The notes under the pieces are model-generated. The model saw only the letters and a list, made by a program, of their open reading frames with translations, did not search any database and was not told the DNA's origin. Source: Octopus bimaculoides (lineage: Eukaryota). Taken from it: DNA of 64,000 bases. Position numbers and translations under genes: made by a program. Below, one piece after another: positions 59,449 through 64,000 of this stretch; position 1 is the stretch's first letter, and each line of letters begins with the position of its first letter. The stretch covers positions 77,716,728-77,780,727 of the forward strand of contig NC_068985.1 of assembly GCF_001194135.2 (NCBI RefSeq), given 5' to 3'.

Positions 59449-62353
59449 CTGTAACAGAAGAGAAGACACTATAATGCTATCCAAAATGATGCTATATTTA
59501 AAAGGGGTTTATATAGCATAGCAGGGACATGCTTGCAGTGCGGCTAACACCAGAAGGTAGGGAGAAACAAAACAAAAATGAAGATATTAAAGATACAGAT
59601 TATATTTCTGCTATAAATATTTTTTAAGGTGCATTAATATAGACACATCCTTCAAATTAGATGGGTGAATAAGAATAAAAAAAGAGCTATGGCAGAAAGT
59701 GGTTGAGACAGAAGCTAGTGGAAGAACAAATCCTGAAGTTCAAGTGAGGATAGACAAGCCACACTTGACCATTTTGTTACCATATCTATATTCAAATATA
59801 CTGCTTTTGTTTCAATTAAGACAATGAAGACTTTATTAAAATGATTTTGTCATTATTAAGGTGCAAGTGTGTCTGTGTGTTAAGAAGTTTGCTTCCCAGC
59901 CACATGGTTCTAGGCTCAGTCCTACTGTGTGGCACCTTGGGCAAACCAAAGCCTTGTGAGTGGACTTGGAAGATGGAAACTGAAAGAAACCCATTGTGTG
60001 TGCGTGTCCCACCACCACTTGACAACCAGTGATGGTGTGTTTACATCCTTGTAACTTAGATGTTCAGCAAAAAGGACCGATAGAATAAGTACAAGGCTTT
60101 AAAGAAAAAAATCCATGGGTGGATTTGTTCAACTAAAATGCTTCAAGACAGTGCCCCAGCATGGTCGCAGACAAATAACTGGAACAAGTAAAAGATAAAA
60201 GAAAGACTAAGCTGGTGTTTCCAACATAAATTAACATGAAAATTTGATGGAAAGTTTCAATTTAGATCACTTCAAAACAGGGAACTTGTATCACAGAACT
60301 AAGGTGAGTCTCCGGTGAGTTGGTGTCAGAAAGGTTAAGGAAACTAACATCCTGCATTGCACATCAGACTGACCTGGAACCCACAAGAAAGGGGGTGAAG
60401 GAAAGGGGATGCACTAAAAATAGCTGAAGGTAGGGCAAAAAAATGAAAACAAAACAATCAAACCAAAGTCGAGAATGGTGGAGAAAAGCACTCGATGGCC
60501 TGTGCTTTGCAGGGAGGAAAGGGCTTAAATAAGAAAGTAATATGGACACATGATGTGACCAGATGATGAGTGCTCAAGTCAAAGAATGTCTAATGCCAGT
60601 GACCAGAGGCTACAGAAGAAAAGTGTTTGTGAAGCAGCCTAACAAAAGGGGATGGCAACTAGCAGACTATTGACAATGTATTATACAGCAGAGGATAAAG
60701 ATGTTAAAAAAATGATAATTGTTGGAGGGATGTAATGTCTACGGACATATGTAGGGTTTCCTAGTTTGGAAGATTAGGGACAACAAATTAAGGTTAGTGT
60801 TGTTAATACATTTTGTAGGTCATTGGTTTAAGATGGAGAGAAGATGAAAGAAGGGAGTGTGTGTGTTATGTGTGCAGTATGTGTCTTATGTGTGTGCACT
60901 GCATGTGTGTGTATGTACAGTGCACATGTGTGCATATGTGTGCTGTGCGTGTGTATATGTGCAGGCTGTGTCTTTGTTTTCTCTCTACTTACCTGTCAGC
61001 AATCTTTTTCACTGTGTCATCATTTTCCTGAGCAAACTCCAAAAGCTCTCTGTAACAGTGCAATAAACAAAAGAAACAGTTTAAAACCTTGCAATTATAC
61101 TGGTTCAATTCTTGTCTGGTCATTAGAAATATTCCTTATGAATGGTCATTCCAATCTGTTCCAATTAAGGAAATAACCTTACTCTCACTCTCTCATCATC
61201 ACCTGATCACACAGTTCCTGAGTCTTAAATCCCACTACAAGCCTTTCTGTCATAAGTACATAGGTGACTCTCCTTACATTAGATTGCTTGACTAGTTGTC
61301 ACAGGCCAATATTTCCCTCTGATCAAAAGGTGGGCTGGGCAGGAACAAATTGAAATGAAGTGTTTTGCTCAAGAGATCAACATGCCGCCCAATCTGAGAA
61401 TCAAACCCATGATCTACTAACTGTGAGTGCAACAGCCTAACCACTAGGCTACTAACGTACAATGCTTAAATCAGGTTAATCATTCAACAATTTAGTCTTT
61501 AAGATATGCTAATTTTTCACACCTACTCATGTATAATATTGTACAACTACTTTGGGATTCTCTCACCACTATTTTGCTAAATACAGTGAAATATATGATT
61601 CGATGAAGAGGTTTAATAAGATTGAAAACTGCCTAGAGTTATTTCCCATGCTTGCTAGAATTATTAAAATAACAGACATTGAACTAATAGTGTATCTTCC
61701 GCACTGGAAAATTATTTTTTAAATTCATGACATTAAATATGGTCACACTGCATACTGTTTAACCTTTAGCACTCAGATTACTTTCAAATGTTGTGCTTTG
61801 TTTTGAACTAATCATGCATTACCATGTAATTTTGAGATTTTGATGTGATTGTTTACTTTAAGTATGACATTATAAGGTAGGTGTGAGAGACTGGATTTGG
61901 CCAGTTTGAACATAAAACAGGTAGAATATTTTGGCTGGATATGGTTAGTTTAAATGCTAAAGGGTTAATTACAAGGAAATTTAATGTGTTAATTTTTTTA
62001 TATTTTTACAATATTTCATAATCAAACTTTAATATTTAACACTCATGTTATTTAAATATCCTTGAAACTATGTCAAAGATACAAAATAAAATATGTTCTC
62101 AAATTATGAAAAATGTACTTCTGGTGGTGCATACAGTGATTGTGTGGTGGTTAAAATGTTTTAACAGACAAAACATCAGACCTACCTGACATTGGACATA
62201 TCATTTGGAACTGGTATATAGTGAACCCAGGGTTTGAGAGAGGGGTAAAAGAACTCCAGCCAATCACTGCCAACATGGAAGACTAAAGAGTCACAGAGGA
62301 AAAGGTGCTTTAAGCGAAAACTGGCAGCCACACCTCGGAAGTTGAATAAATAT
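59316..62353 (-). CDS. POGLUT1: Protein O-glucosyltransferase 1 (POGLUT1/rumi), last three coding exons; remainder lies beyond the window
   Basis: join(62186..62353, 60993..61049, 59316..59448) translates [48 protein letters not shown]...[44 protein letters not shown], matching the known POGLUT1 C-terminus; all junctions are phase 2. Confidence 0.95.
59862..60200 (+). mobile_element. tRNA-derived SINE family B; others at 48113-48350 (+), 19522-19680 (+), 19120-19490 (-) and 6330-6890 (-)
   Basis: GTGTGGTAAGAAG.TTGCTTCCCA.CCACATGGTT...GGTTCAGTCC...GCACCTTGGGCAA head, internal (GT)n, tail GAAACAAGTAAAAGA. Confidence 0.85.
60993..61049 (-). CDS. POGLUT1: POGLUT1 penultimate exon ([19 protein letters not shown])
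   Basis: gttacag| and |gtaagt on -, 57 bp. Confidence 0.94.
62186..62353 (-). CDS. POGLUT1: POGLUT1 exon ([13 protein letters not shown]...MSNVR)
   Basis: ccaacag| and |gtaggt on -, 168 bp. Confidence 0.96.
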
Positions 62354-63947
62354 CTGTTGGAATTAGAAAAAAATATAAATTTACCTTCAGTGCAAGCATG
62401 ATTGAATGGTTAAGAATCTAGCTATGCATATGGGGTTTTGAGTTCAACCTCATGGAGCAGCACACTTTGTCAAATGTACTCTACAATAGTTCCAGGACAA
62501 CCAATGTCTTCTAAGTGCAATAGCATGTGTGTTTGTGCCACACCAATCATCAACCAGTGTTGATTTGTTTAACCTTTACCTTACCATATTTCTGTTAACA
62601 TATACCGCCTTTGTTTCAATTAATTTTTAAAATAATGAAGAATTTAGTAAAACTTTCTCATAATTAAGCTGGGGCCTGGAACAATTTAGCTTAAAACTTT
62701 GATAGAAGATTATAATTTAAACCACTTTAAAACAGTTGGTGTGTTATACAACCTGGGGTCGTCTCAGGTAGATTGATATTAAAAGGGTTAAGTCTCTGTA
62801 ACTTATCAGAATGAAAAAGAGTATCAGAATAAGGATTAGACTTAAAATAAGTAATCAGGGTTAATTTCAATGATTATATCCTTCACAGTGGTTCCCCAGT
62901 AATGGTTGCAATCCAAGACTGAAACTAATAAAAACAAATTCCACAATGATCTACATATTGGGGCTCTGTTTCTGCTTTAAATGAGCATTGGAAGAGACCA
63001 TCTGCATACACTTTCATTTTTATTGTATGTATCCCTGCGTTTCACAAACAATATATATATATGTGGGATCATTTACAGAATAATTGTCTCTTTACTTGAA
63101 ATACTGTGTAGTGGTGCCACCTAATTACAAAAGCTCGTTCCATTGATTTCATTATGTCTTTCTGAAAGACAATGATCTGGCAGAATTGTTAGCATTCTGG
63201 CCAAAATTCTTAGTAGCATTTCATTCAGAGTAATGTTCTGAGTTCAAATTCTGCCCAATTCAGCTTTGCCTTTCATCTTTTCAGGATCAATGAAATAAGT
63301 ACCAGTTGAGCACTGGCGTCAATGTAAATTTCAGGCCTTTTGCCTACAATTGAAAGGATTGTTATGTCTTTCTGATAGTCATTGCAGAATTTACTTGCGT
63401 CTTTTCCTGCATTCTAGTTTGCAATGTAACCAAGAAATATACAAAACGATTTCATGCTAGCAATATCTTAACACTTTGGCACTTACAACCATTTTATCTT
63501 CGAGTTCCAACTTTAATTGAAAAGACACACAGTGAAATTAATAGATGATATAGCTAGGAATGACACAAGTCTTCAGTTACATAACAGTACTAATAATAAA
63601 ATACATCAGCAAGGACTACAATAATCCTAGAAGAGCAAACTCCTGTGATTGGTATGATAACAGCCTGTGGACCCAGAAATCAATGTAAAAACAAAGAAGA
63701 GGGTTTCGGGGAAGTCATTTTACTGGTTCCACTGATTTAACATACCTTCTTCACTAAGTATTATATATGTCAGTTAATTATACGAGGGCTTATTATTAAT
63801 TATTAATTTCATCTTTAGTGTCTTGCATACCTTAATGTTTTTGAAAATTGACTTTCTGCATTTTGAGATATGTTGAGATATAATTATAAACATGGAATTC
63901 TTTTAACCTGATAAGCAAGCTTAATATCTGCATTGTTTTAAAAACTG

Positions 63948-64000
<53 letters not shown>

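Overview
This is AT-rich, microsatellite- and SINE-dense eukaryotic genomic DNA with nine N gaps. The repeat landscape looks cephalopod/Octopus-like, but that is inference and not provable from the window. Three spliced genes were reconstructed by hand from GT-AG junctions with consistent phases. (1) A 5'-partial receptor protein tyrosine phosphatase of the Ptp99A / PTPRG-PTPRZ1 (R5) type on +: 16 exons, 2457-35189, encoding the TM helix, an active D1 and a Cys->Asp D2. (2) The last three exons of POGLUT1/rumi on - (59316-62353). (3) An unrecognised 5-exon gene of about 148 aa on - (45344-56779), convergent with the phosphatase. The rest is mostly tRNA-derived SINEs, RTE-tail SINEs, piggyBac-, hAT- and pogo-like MITEs, and RTE, CR1 and CRE LINE relics. 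The most interesting signal is a set of five minimal type-I hammerhead-ribozyme-like folds in different short repeats, most of them microsatellite-flanked and resembling Penelope-type pLTR relics. One (58712-58762) looks intact and carries a compensatory G3-C8 core swap. Other notable items are an inverted duplication with a perfectly matched 50-nt core bracketing an in-frame exon pair, two long hairpins, a tRNA-like pseudogene and a tandem SINE array. No prokaryotic features or CRISPR arrays are present. Repeat boundaries are approximate.
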